Below, in pieces: positions 26,695 to 35,184 of a stretch of DNA of 64,000 bases; the first letter of the stretch is position 1; each line of letters starts with the position of its first letter. The notes beneath the pieces are model-generated. The model made no database searches. It saw nothing but the letters and a program-made list of their open reading frames with translations, and was not told the origin of the DNA. Origin of the DNA: an uncultured Gemmatimonadaceae bacterium (lineage in GTDB: Bacteria; Gemmatimonadota; Gemmatimonadetes; Gemmatimonadales; Gemmatimonadaceae); assembly GCA_963781585.1 (NCBI GenBank), contig CAWAGQ010000010.1:192001-256000 (forward strand), read 5' to 3'. Position numbers and translations under genes: made by a program.

Positions 26695-26844
26695 GGGCGG
26701 AGCGGTCCATTGGGAGCGCACAAAACGGTGCGGCGTGGCGGCTCTACCGGGTGCTCCGAAACGAAGGGCGCCGCGCAGTCGATCCGTCTCCGGCTCGAGT
26801 GCGCGGCGCCCGCCCGCCTCCCTCGCGGGAGTCGGGGTGCGGCT

Positions 26845-27057
26845 TCAGCGACCGATCTTCGTCACGTTCTCCGCGGCGGGGCCCTTCTGGCCCTGCACGA
26901 TGTCGAACTCCACACGCTCTCCCTCGGCGAGCGACTTGAAGCCGCTGCCCTGGATCGCCGAGTGATGGACGAAACAATCCTTCTGACCGTCCTCCGGCGT
27001 GATGAAGCCGAAGCCCTTCGCATCGTTGAACCACTTGACCGTACCGGTGGTACGCAT
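26845..27057 (-). CDS. cspA: Cold-shock protein
   Basis: 70 aa; [15 protein letters not shown] (RNP1), CFVHHSAI (RNP2), [18 protein letters not shown]. The symbol is used at family level. Confidence 0.96.
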   Translation of the reverse strand: MRTTGTVKWFNDAKGFGFITPEDGQKDCFVHHSAIQGSGFKSLAEGERVEFDIVQGQKGPAAENVTKIGR

Positions 27058-27298
27058 CGTTCTACTCCCTCTGATGATTTGTTGGGCCGTGTTCGGAGTG
27101 CATGATGCCGTACCGACCGACACAACGTGCTCGTGATCGTTGCCCTCACGACGGGCTCGCCCACGGAATGTGGACACATCTCATACAAAAAGACCTGCTC
27201 GCAATTCGGGCAGGCCCATTGCGCTCGGAATCCGCGCCCGCGCCACTCGCGCGTCGCGCTGCCAGAATATAGTGCATTGTTCGCCAGCGCGCCTGCCA

Positions 27299-27329
27299 GG
27301 GGGGAGGGGGAGGGGGGAGGGGGGAGGGG
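27299..27329 (+). repeat. Polypurine G-run tract (potential G-quadruplex)
   Basis: Five runs of 4-6 G separated by single A, between the divergent csp and LysM genes. Confidence 0.6.
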
Positions 27330-27523
27330 CCAGCGGGTCGATCCGGGGCGTGCAACCGGGAAGAGGAGACGGGGGTGGGGTGATTCAGCCGCTGGCGCGC
27401 CTTGAATCCGTCCCGCCTGGCAACCGCGAGTCGACCGCCTCGCGGCGAAGTGTGAGCGGGGGGGCGCACCCCGGCCACTCGTACCTTTTGCGCCACCAGG
27501 GATCACTCGTCATTTTCGGAATC

Positions 27524-28387
27524 ATGAGCGCGCCGTCGTTATTGCTCCCAGGGCCCATAGCCGGCTTATGCCTGGCCGTTGCGGCGACCGCAGGTAGGGC
27601 GCAGAGCCTCCGGGGGTCGCACGAGTCGGTCGACCTGCAGCATCGTGTCGCCGTGCGGCAGGAGTACTCGTTCCTCCAGAACAGTGCGGACGTAAAACGG
27701 TTCGTACGGCTGGGACTCCTTGTCCCCGTGCCCGGTGGCATGCACTACGACCTGGCAGGGGTGTCGTTTCCCTACGCCCGGCCTGCGATCCGGACCTTCG
27801 TCGAGCGACTGTCGGCCCAGTACCAGGCGGCTTGCGACGAGCGGCTCGTCGTCACGAGTCTCACGCGCCCAATCGTGCGCCAGCCGGCCAACGCGTCGGA
27901 CGAGTCGGTGCACCCTACCGGGATGGCGGTTGACCTGCGTGTGAGCCCGGTGCGGAAGTGTCGTATCTGGCTGGAGCGGACACTGCTGTCGCTGGAGGGC
28001 TCGGGGGTCGTGGAGGCGACCCGGGAACATATGCCGCCGCACTATCACGTCGCGGTGTTCCCCGGGCAGTATGCCGTGTATGTCACGGCGGTGGAGCGCG
28101 TGCACGAGAGCCAGGTGGCGGCGGCAGCCTCGTCGAGCAGGCGCGCCGCGTCGGGCGCGAACGGCACGGCTGCATCGAGCAACGGCGCGGGCCCGTCGGA
28201 TGATGTGTCGGCGGCGGATCAGCCGGGATCCGGCTCGCCGTATCGGGTTCATCGTGGCGACTCGCTGTGGTCGATCGCGCGTGAGCACGATACCAGCGTC
28301 GAAGAGTTGAAGCAGCTCAACGGTCTCGCGTCCGACCGGATCGACGCCGGACAGGTGCTGCTGGTTCCGGGTTCGCAGTCGCGCTGA
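27524..28387 (+). CDS. Secreted DUF5715-like (LAS/M15-type) peptidase with C-terminal LysM domain
   Basis: Signal peptide; VTSLTRP, SVHPTGMAVDLR (H-x6-D), PHYHVAV (HxH); LysM YRVHRGDSLWSIAR...LKQLNGL...GQVLLVP. Confidence 0.85.
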   Translation: MSAPSLLLPGPIAGLCLAVAATAGRAQSLRGSHESVDLQHRVAVRQEYSFLQNSADVKRFVRLGLLVPVPGGMHYDLAGVSFPYARPAIRTFVERLSAQYQAACDERLVVTSLTRPIVRQPANASDESVHPTGMAVDLRVSPVRKCRIWLERTLLSLEGSGVVEATREHMPPHYHVAVFPGQYAVYVTAVERVHESQVAAAASSSRRAASGANGTAASSNGAGPSDDVSAADQPGSGSPYRVHRGDSLWSIAREHDTSVEELKQLNGLASDRIDAGQVLLVPGSQSR

Positions 28388-28503
28388 AATTCGTGGAAGC
28401 AGGGAGATGCGCGACGACGTGTCCCTGCCTCGCTCCGAGGTAATGCAGGTCCCCAGGCCTCGCTTCCGATCCGGTGGCGGTTACATTTTGGGGTCGGAGT
28501 TGA

Positions 28504-28817
28504 CGGGACGTAGCGCAGTCCGGTAGCGCACCTGAATGGGGTGGCGTTCGCTGCCGCCCGAGGCGGCATCGACCGCGAGTGCGCCGTCGCTGCGCTCCGG
28601 CTTCACACAGGGGGTCGCGGGTCCGCGACCCCACTGGCTTCGGTGGTAGTTTGAGGTCGACGGGACGTAGCGCAGTCCGGTAGCGCACCTGAATGGGGTG
28701 GCGTTCGCTGCCGCCCGAGGCGGCATCGACCGCGAGTGCGCCGTCGTTGCGCTCCGGCTTCACACAGGGGGTCGCTGGTCCGCGACCCCACCGGCTTCGG
28801 TGGTAGTTTGAGGGTGA
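28504..28817 (+). repeat. Two tandem 157-nt tRNA-Pro-derived units with anticodon-loop insertion (pseudo-tRNAs)
   Basis: Units start at 28504 and 28661. Each has 39 nt identical to the tRNA 5' half, a ~65-nt insert, CAGGGGGTCGC(G/T)GGT, then non-tRNA hairpins. Confidence 0.92.
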
Positions 28818-28891
28818 CGGGACGTAGCGCAGTCCGGTAGCGCACCTGAATGGGGTTCAGGGGGTCGCGGGTTCAAATCCCGCCGTCCCGA
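28818..28891 (+). tRNA. tRNA-Pro (anticodon GGG), CCA not encoded
   Basis: Acceptor CGGGACG/CGTCCCG+A; D-arm GCGC...GCGC; anticodon arm CCTGA-ATGGGGT-TCAGG; T-arm GCGGG-TTCAAAT-CCCGC. Confidence 0.97.
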
Positions 28892-28896
28892 TATTG

Positions 28897-28943
28897 AAGC
28901 GAAGACGCCGCGGGTATTTATGCCTGCGGCGTCTTCGCGCTTT
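28897..28943 (+). terminator. Long hairpin after tRNA-Pro (probable intrinsic terminator)
   Basis: GCGAAGACGCCGCGGGTA-TTTA-TGCCTGCGGCGTCTTCGC followed by a short T run. Confidence 0.65.
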
Positions 28944-29090
28944 GCGCCGGATTTTCCACATCGGCGCCGATCTGATGCCAGATATGGCATCCGTTGGGCG
29001 AAGATCGCGCCCAACACCCGCCCCAGAGGCCCCCTTCGCAGGGTCCATTGCCCACCCAAGCCAGTCGAGCCCATGGCGCACTCATATCCT

Positions 29091-29144
29091 ATATCGATAT
29101 CGCACTTGCCGCAAATCGATACGTAGCGTATTGTTAATCGATAT
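29091..29144 (+). promoter_or_regulatory. Sigma70-like promoter with three phased ATCGAT boxes
   Basis: TTGCCG (29106-29111)-N17-TATTGT (29129-29134); ATCGAT at 29093, 29115 and 29137. Confidence 0.7.
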
Positions 29145-29186
29145 GAAGAGGGAAGTCATTCCTGCATTTGTGAAGGAGGAGGTCTC

Positions 29187-29711
29187 GTGTCCCAAGCGTA
29201 CCCTCACACCCTGGCGCTGTCGCGGAGAGTCCTCCGTGTGCTGATCAAGCTCAATCTGCTCGCGGGCCTCCTCATCCTGGCTTTGCTGATTGCCAGCCTG
29301 ATCGCCGAAGCCCCGGTCATGCGAGCCCTCGGTGCAACACCCGCGTCCGGCGATTCCATGCTCTTCGCGGGCATGCGCGTGATCATGGTGATCGGCATTG
29401 TCGCCGTGCCAGTTGTGCACTTCGTCCTCTCGCGGCTCCTGACCATCGTCGAAACCGTCAGCGTCGGGAATCCCTTCGTGGCGGCGAACGCGGCGCGCCT
29501 GCAGGCAATCGCCTGGGCGATCCTGATACTCGAGCTGATGCACTTCGCCGTGGGCGCCGTTGCAGCCGGCGTATCCTCGGCCGCGGCACCGCTCAACATC
29601 GGCTGGAGTTTCTCCCTGTCGCGATGGCTCGCGGTGCTGCTCCTCTTCGTGTTGGCGCGCGTCTTCGAAACTGGCGCACGCATGCGCGAAGATCTCGAAG
29701 GGACGGTCTGA
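29187..29711 (+). CDS. DUF2975 family membrane protein
   Basis: Strong RBS AAGGAGGAGG; four TM segments; GNPFVAANAARLQ and LARVFETGARMREDLEGTV terminus. Confidence 0.9.
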   Translation: MSQAYPHTLALSRRVLRVLIKLNLLAGLLILALLIASLIAEAPVMRALGATPASGDSMLFAGMRVIMVIGIVAVPVVHFVLSRLLTIVETVSVGNPFVAANAARLQAIAWAILILELMHFAVGAVAAGVSSAAAPLNIGWSFSLSRWLAVLLLFVLARVFETGARMREDLEGTV

Positions 29712-29713
29712 CC

Positions 29714-29965
29714 ATGGCGATCATGGTCAAGCTGGACGACATGCTCTATGCGCGCCGGATGACGCTGACGGAGCTGTCCGAGAGAATCGGAATCACACTC
29801 GCCAACCTGTCGATCCTGAAGACCGGCAAGGCACGGGCGGTCCGCTTCTCCACACTCGATGCCATCTGCAAGGTACTGCAGTGCCAGCCGGGTGACCTGC
29901 TCGAATTCGCCCCGCCTGCGAATGAATCGCTGAAGCCGAGGCAGCGGACTCGCACGGCCACGTGA
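29714..29965 (+). CDS. XRE/Cro family HTH regulator (YozG-like)
   Basis: MAIMVKLDDML...GITLANLSILKTGKARAVRFSTLDAIC..L.CQPGDLLE; usual partner of DUF2975. Confidence 0.93.
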   Translation: MAIMVKLDDMLYARRMTLTELSERIGITLANLSILKTGKARAVRFSTLDAICKVLQCQPGDLLEFAPPANESLKPRQRTRTAT

Positions 29966-30096
29966 CTGAACCTGATTCGGACACTACGGAATAACGCCGA
30001 TCACACCATGACCAGGAACTCAGTGCCACGCGCCCATGATCGACCTGATTCGCATCCGCGTTTGAGTGGAATGCATTCGCCTCAGGGGGAACGAGT

Positions 30097-30840
30097 ATGA
30101 ACGGCACTGCGTCAATGGGGCGGCTGACGGACATGTCGCCGCGGTTGAAGGCCAGACTTGCCGGCGCGTTCTACCTGGTCACCATGGTGGCGGGAGTATT
30201 CGCCCAGAACTTCGTGAGCGGCAGGCTCGTCACACCCGGCGACGCCGCAGCGACTGCGACCAACATCCTGGCGCACGAGTCGCTGTTTCGGTTTGGATTC
30301 GCAGTGTACCTCATCGAAATGGCGTGCCAGATCACGATGACGGCGCTCTTCTACGACTTGCTCAAGCCGGTGAGCCGGAGCGTGTCCCTGCTGGCGGCAA
30401 TCTTCAGCCTCGTCGGTTGCACCATCAAGACGCTGAGCCGCCTCTTCTTTTTCGTCCCATTGCTCGTCCTGGGAGGCGGGCACTACCTGAGCACATTCAG
30501 CCCCGGGCAGTTGCAGTCGTTGTCGCTCCTCTTTCTCCGCGTGAATTACCAGGCCGAGACAATCGCCATGGTGTTCTTTGGGTTGTATGCACTCGTGAAA
30601 GGCTACCTCGTGTTCAGGTCCACCTTTCTTCCCCGACTTCTTGGTGTGCTGTCGGCCGTTGGAGGTTTGGGTTGGCTGACCTATCTGTACGAGCCGTTCG
30701 CAGCGCGTATCCTCCCGTTCATACTGGCCGCCGCTTTCGTCGGAGCACTATCGAACGCCATCTGGCTCCTCGTGTACGGCGTGAACGAACAACGATGGAA
30801 GGAGCAGGCCAGCGCAGCAGCAGCTTCCATCTGGCGATGA
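30097..30840 (+). CDS. DUF4386 family membrane protein
   Basis: ARLAGAFYL, GDAAATATNILAHESLFR, LFYDLLKPV, FRSTFLPRLLG, WLLVYGVNEQRW. Confidence 0.85.
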   Translation: MNGTASMGRLTDMSPRLKARLAGAFYLVTMVAGVFAQNFVSGRLVTPGDAAATATNILAHESLFRFGFAVYLIEMACQITMTALFYDLLKPVSRSVSLLAAIFSLVGCTIKTLSRLFFFVPLLVLGGGHYLSTFSPGQLQSLSLLFLRVNYQAETIAMVFFGLYALVKGYLVFRSTFLPRLLGVLSAVGGLGWLTYLYEPFAARILPFILAAAFVGALSNAIWLLVYGVNEQRWKEQASAAAASIWR

Positions 30841-30973
30841 AAGCCGTTGCCTCTGGGGGCGTGCCGACCATCGGTCCAATCATCCAGCTGAGCCGCTCCT
30901 GCGGATTCATCGGATAGCGGAACGACGGCCAGCGTCGCAGCGAACAACGGTGTCCGAGGGCACAACCCCCGTA

Positions 30974-31477
30974 TCAGCGCCCCGCCGGCTGCGCCATCTG
31001 CTTGAAGAACTCCACGGCCCGCGCATTCATCTCTCCCGGAGTGAGATCTTCCTTCCGCGTCGCGATCCACCAGGTGTAGCCCGCCGGATCCGATACGGCG
31101 CCCGCACGGTCGCCCCAGAACTGGTCAGCCATGGGCATCTGGACCGTCGCGCCCTCGCGGACGGCACGACCGAACAGCGCGTCGCTGTTTTCGACGAACA
31201 CCCACAAGGACGCGGGCGATCCACCGAACGCCTTCGGGCCTTTCCCGCCCATCATCACGTCGTTCATCATGAAGCGCGAATCTCCGATCCTGAGCTCCGC
31301 GTGCATGATCTTGCCGTCAGGCCCAACGCTGCGACTCACCTCCTCCGCGCCGAGAGCCTTCTTGTACCAGTCGATCGTCCGGGCCGCGTCGTCCAGGGTG
31401 AGTTGCGGCGAGATCGTGTGATAGCCCGCCGGGACCGGCTTCGCTGCTTTCGCCATCTGAACCTCCGTTGTTGCCAT
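30974..31477 (-). CDS. VOC/glyoxalase family protein (PhnB-like)
   Basis: KPVPAGYHTISPQL, IMHAELRIGDS, DQFWGDR, DPAGYTWWIAT; start may be ATG 31456. Confidence 0.9.
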   Translation of the reverse strand: MATTEVQMAKAAKPVPAGYHTISPQLTLDDAARTIDWYKKALGAEEVSRSVGPDGKIMHAELRIGDSRFMMNDVMMGGKGPKAFGGSPASLWVFVENSDALFGRAVREGATVQMPMADQFWGDRAGAVSDPAGYTWWIATRKEDLTPGEMNARAVEFFKQMAQPAGR

Positions 31478-31564
31478 CGATCAGCGTCATCATCGAGGAA
31501 ACGCAGCACCATAGTCAGTGCCCGTGGCCCGACGCAAGCTGGACCCTTCGCGACGCCGCACAGA

Positions 31565-31990
31565 TCAACCCGCTGCCGCGGCGCTCGCGCGCTCGTGCAG
31601 GACTGTCCATAGCGTTCCGAACCGGTCGCGCAACTGGCCGAATCGCGTCGCAAAGAACGTCTCCTGCAGTTTCATCCCCACCTCACCGCCGTCCGCGAGC
31701 GCCGCGTAGATCCGCTCTGCTTCTTCCGCCGAGTCCAGGGAGAGGTACAGGTACGAACTCCGCACCGGCTGGAAGTGCTTCGGGGGAACGTCGTTGCCGA
31801 TCAGCTCACCGCCCGCAATGTCCATGCGAATGTGGATCACGGCATCGGCTGAGCCCGGAGGGGGTGGCACCTCGGGCGGGAGGTCCTTCACCCGCATTAT
31901 CATCGTGATGTGTCCGCCGAGGTGCTTCTCGTAGTAGCGGAACGCTTCTTCGCAGTTGCCACCGAAGTTCAGGTGTGTGTGGAGCTTCAT
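31565..31990 (-). CDS. VOC family protein (PhnB-like)
   Basis: LNFGGNCEEAFRYY, LADGGEV, ETFFATRFGQLRDRFGTLW. Confidence 0.9.
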   Translation of the reverse strand: MKLHTHLNFGGNCEEAFRYYEKHLGGHITMIMRVKDLPPEVPPPPGSADAVIHIRMDIAGGELIGNDVPPKHFQPVRSSYLYLSLDSAEEAERIYAALADGGEVGMKLQETFFATRFGQLRDRFGTLWTVLHERASAAAAG

Positions 31991-32116
31991 CGTCGGTCTC
32001 CGGATTCAGGGAATCAGCGTTACTCATATTCTGCATGATCTCCTGCGCTACCGTCATACTCGCGAGCTGGGCCGTCTTCGTTCTCGTTCATGTCTCACGC
32101 GTAGAGGAGGGCTGTC

Positions 32117-32905
32117 ATGAAAATTGTCGTTATCGGCGGCACGGGCCGGATCGGCTCGAAGGTCGTCGCGATGCTCGGCGAACGCGGCCACGACGCGGTG
32201 CCCGCGGCTCCTCATACCGGCGTCAACACGATGACCGGCGAAGGGCTGGCTCAGGCCGTCACTGGCGCGGACGTGGTCATCGACGTGTCGAATTCGCCGA
32301 GCTCAGACGGTGACGCGGCGATGAAGTTCTTCCAGACGTCGACGCGCAATGTTCTGGCGGCCGAACGGCCAGCCGGGGTGCGTCATCACGTCGTACTTTC
32401 CATCGTCGGCATTGCCCAGCGCGCCGACGACGGCTACTTCGGTGGCAAGCTGGCGCAGGAAGAGTTGACCCGGAATTCGTCGATTCCGTACTCGATCGTT
32501 CGCGCGACGCAGTTCTTCGAGTTCATCAAGGGCATTGCGGACGCCGCCACGCAGGGAAACACCGTTCGTCTGCCGCCGGTGATGTTCCAGCCAATGGCGG
32601 CGGAGGACGTGGCGCGTACGGTGTGCACTGTCGCACTGGGGAAGCCGGTTAACGGGATCGTGGAAACCGCCGGACCGCAACCGTTCCGACTGGACGAGCT
32701 CGTACGGATCCAGCTCGAGGCCCTGAAGGATCAGCGCAGGGTGCTCACGGATCCCAAGGCGCCCTATTTCGGCTCGGTACTGGACGAGCGTACGCTGATG
32801 CCCGGCGACGACGCGCGACTCGGGGAAGTGACGTTCCAGGTGTGGCAACAGCAGCAGCAGGCCGCCACGCGCGCCCGTCCGGCGCGGCAGATCGAAGCGC
32901 GTTAG
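32117..32905 (+). CDS. NmrA-like / atypical SDR NAD(P)-binding protein
   Basis: RBS GGAGG; MKIVVIGGTGRIG Rossmann motif; HHVVLSIVG, IVRATQFFEF. Confidence 0.9.
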   Translation: MKIVVIGGTGRIGSKVVAMLGERGHDAVPAAPHTGVNTMTGEGLAQAVTGADVVIDVSNSPSSDGDAAMKFFQTSTRNVLAAERPAGVRHHVVLSIVGIAQRADDGYFGGKLAQEELTRNSSIPYSIVRATQFFEFIKGIADAATQGNTVRLPPVMFQPMAAEDVARTVCTVALGKPVNGIVETAGPQPFRLDELVRIQLEALKDQRRVLTDPKAPYFGSVLDERTLMPGDDARLGEVTFQVWQQQQQAATRARPARQIEAR

Positions 32906-32988
32906 GGCGCATGGGCCATGTTCTGGCACGTCGCGCGATCAGGGCTATCTTGACTGCCACAAGGTTCGCTCCCGCCGGAGGTCGATCG

Positions 32989-34404
32989 ATGCCCGTTCGT
33001 CATCGCGCCGCTTTCGTCGGCGCCGTCGCCGCGCTCGCCGTCGCCGCATGCCCCTCGTCACTTCGTGCGCAGCCATCCCGGCGGCCCAACATCGTCCTGA
33101 TGTTCCCCGACAACCTCGGCTGGGGCGAGATCGGAGCATACGGCGGCGTGCGCGGAGTACCCACACCTAACGTGGACAGCATCGCTGCCCAGGGGATGCG
33201 TCTCGACAACTTCAACGTCGAGTATTCGTGCACGGTCTCCCGGGCGGCCCTGCTGACGGGTCGCTACGCCATTCGAAGCGGCGCCACCCAGCCCACGGGG
33301 ATCACGCTCTGGGAGATCACCATCGCGGAAGGACTCAAGTCGGTGGGGTACGCGACCGCGCTCTTCGGCAAGTGGCACCTCGGCGGGACCAACTGGATCC
33401 AGAATCGCACGCCCATCGACCAGGGCTTCGATGAATGGTACGGCATCCCGAACACGAGCAACGAGGCGCAGGTAACCACAACGCCCGGTTTCGATCCGGC
33501 CACCATGGAGACGCCCTACATCTGGGAGCAGAAAGCGGGCGGTCCAGCGACCAGGGTGAAAGTGTTCGACCTGGACTCGCGCCGGACCATCGATCGTGAG
33601 GCGGCGCTCAAGGGCGTCGATTTCATGGAGCGCAACGTGCGCGCCGGCAAGCCGTTCTTCCTGTTTTATCCGATCACGCAGATCCACTTTCCCACGCTGG
33701 CGCATCCCGATTTCGCCGGAAAGACCGGCGCGGGCGACATCGGCGACGCCATGGCCGACGTGGACTACAACACGGGCCTCATCCTCGCCGCGCTCAAGCG
33801 ACTCGGCGTGGACAGCAACACGTTCGTGCTCTGGTGCACGGACAACGGCGCGGAAGGCCGACGGCCGTGGCGCGGGACGTCGGGGCCGTGGCGCGGTTTC
33901 TACAATACCGTGATGGAGGGCGGCATTCGCACTCCATGCGTGATGCGTTGGCCGGGCCACATTCCACGCGGCCAGGTTTCGAACGAGATCGTTTCCGAGA
34001 TGGATCTGTTTCCCACGATCGCGGCCGTTGCTGCCGCCGACATCGTGCCGAAGGACCGCGCCATCGACGGCATCAACATTCTTCCGTTCCTCGAAGGAAA
34101 ACGCGCGAGCTCGGGCCGCGAGAGCCTCCTGTACTTCACCGGCAACCAGGTGCGGGCGGTGAAGTGGAAGGACTGGAAGTTCCACTACGCGTTCATGCCC
34201 GAGCCGCGCGTGACGGAGCCGCCCCTGATGCGGCTGTTCAACCTGCGCTCCGATCCCCGGGAGGAGTCGGACATCAAGGACGCCAATCCGTGGGCGATCG
34301 GCCTGTTCGACGGACTCGTCGCCGAGTTCAACGCCAGCACGGAGCGGTATCCCAACGTCCCCTCGGACGCAAAGGATCCGTACACGCCCCCGCGGCGGCC
34401 CTGA
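32989..34404 (+). CDS. Arylsulfatase (formylglycine-type sulfatase), secreted
   Basis: Signal peptide; PNIVLMFPDNLG, SCTVSRAALLTGRY, GKWHLG, TDNG, EGGIRTP, LFNLRSDPRE. Confidence 0.92.
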   Translation: MPVRHRAAFVGAVAALAVAACPSSLRAQPSRRPNIVLMFPDNLGWGEIGAYGGVRGVPTPNVDSIAAQGMRLDNFNVEYSCTVSRAALLTGRYAIRSGATQPTGITLWEITIAEGLKSVGYATALFGKWHLGGTNWIQNRTPIDQGFDEWYGIPNTSNEAQVTTTPGFDPATMETPYIWEQKAGGPATRVKVFDLDSRRTIDREAALKGVDFMERNVRAGKPFFLFYPITQIHFPTLAHPDFAGKTGAGDIGDAMADVDYNTGLILAALKRLGVDSNTFVLWCTDNGAEGRRPWRGTSGPWRGFYNTVMEGGIRTPCVMRWPGHIPRGQVSNEIVSEMDLFPTIAAVAAADIVPKDRAIDGINILPFLEGKRASSGRESLLYFTGNQVRAVKWKDWKFHYAFMPEPRVTEPPLMRLFNLRSDPREESDIKDANPWAIGLFDGLVAEFNASTERYPNVPSDAKDPYTPPRRP

Positions 34405-34413
34405 CGAATCAGC

Positions 34414-34935
34414 CTAACGCTTGCGGTATGCCGTCCGCGTCACTGACGGCGGGCCGCCGCGCACGCCGGCGCGCGTGGTCTCGACGATCAGACGCTGCGA
34501 GCTGGCAAGCGTAAGGGCCTGCCGGACCTCGGTGGTTGTTTTCCCGTCGCCGAGGTCTGGAGTCGGATAGACCGTGGTGATTACGAGCGTGCTGTCGCGC
34601 CACGCCGCTCGGGAGCGCAAGTGCGATTCCGAGTGTCCGATCGTGACCGCGTTGCGCGACTCCGAGCCGTCCAGTGCGTACACGAACCGCAGCGGCGGCT
34701 CGAGATCGTAGGCGGAAAAGAATGGGTAGGAGACGACGAGCCGGCTTGCGTCCTGGGCAATGGTAAGGGGGGAACCCCAGCCATTTCCCATGGTGCCCGT
34801 GCGCGCCGCCGAGTTGCCCCGTGCGCCGGCCGCGTCCCCGCCGCTCGGCTCCTCGAGCGCCCATTCACCGGAGAGGTCGGGTCGCTGCTGCGCGGCGGTG
34901 ATCGCTGGCCCGCTTGCGAGCAGCGCCAGCATCAA
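34414..34935 (-). CDS. Secreted hypothetical protein (beta-barrel-like)
   Basis: Signal peptide; RPDLSGEW, YALDGSESRN, AAWRDSTLVIT, LIVETTR...YRKR; start uncertain. Confidence 0.7.
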   Translation of the reverse strand: MMLALLASGPAITAAQQRPDLSGEWALEEPSGGDAAGARGNSAARTGTMGNGWGSPLTIAQDASRLVVSYPFFSAYDLEPPLRFVYALDGSESRNAVTIGHSESHLRSRAAWRDSTLVITTVYPTPDLGDGKTTTEVRQALTLASSQRLIVETTRAGVRGGPPSVTRTAYRKR

Positions 34936-35070
34936 GGGAACGATATGACGATTCAGGTCGGGACTCCTGTGAGCATGCTGGCGAGTCTACGTGATCTCGC
35001 GCCGCGGTCAAGTCCACATCAGGACGAGGCGGGCTGGACTCGCGTCGTACGCCCGGTCGGACAGCGGCAT

Positions 35071-35120
35071 TTGACAGGCTGTTGACGAACTTCTGACGTT
35101 TCAATGTCAGCCGGTTGACG
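35071..35120. promoter_or_regulatory. Five direct repeats at 11-bp period in a divergent intergenic region
   Basis: TGAC at 35072, 35083, 35094 and 35116; TGTC at 35105. Confidence 0.65.
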
Positions 35121-35184
35121 CGCTCCGGGCATCTTCGGCGCGCACTCGAAGCGCCTGCCGACGAATCCAACCGGGAGACCAACC

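Noticed and set aside
28543..28607. Functional tRNA intron (group I or archaeal type)
   Set aside because: Too short for group I, and excision would still leave no T-loop or 3' acceptor strand, so no mature tRNA could form from a single unit.
28504..28860. CRISPR array (39-nt repeat x3)
   Set aside because: The repeat is a tRNA 5' half, the 118-nt intervals are near-identical rather than unique spacers, and no cas genes are present.
28317..29081. Short minus-strand ORFs with repeated peptides (e.g. MPPRAAANATPFRC)
   Set aside because: They are translations of the antisense tRNA array.
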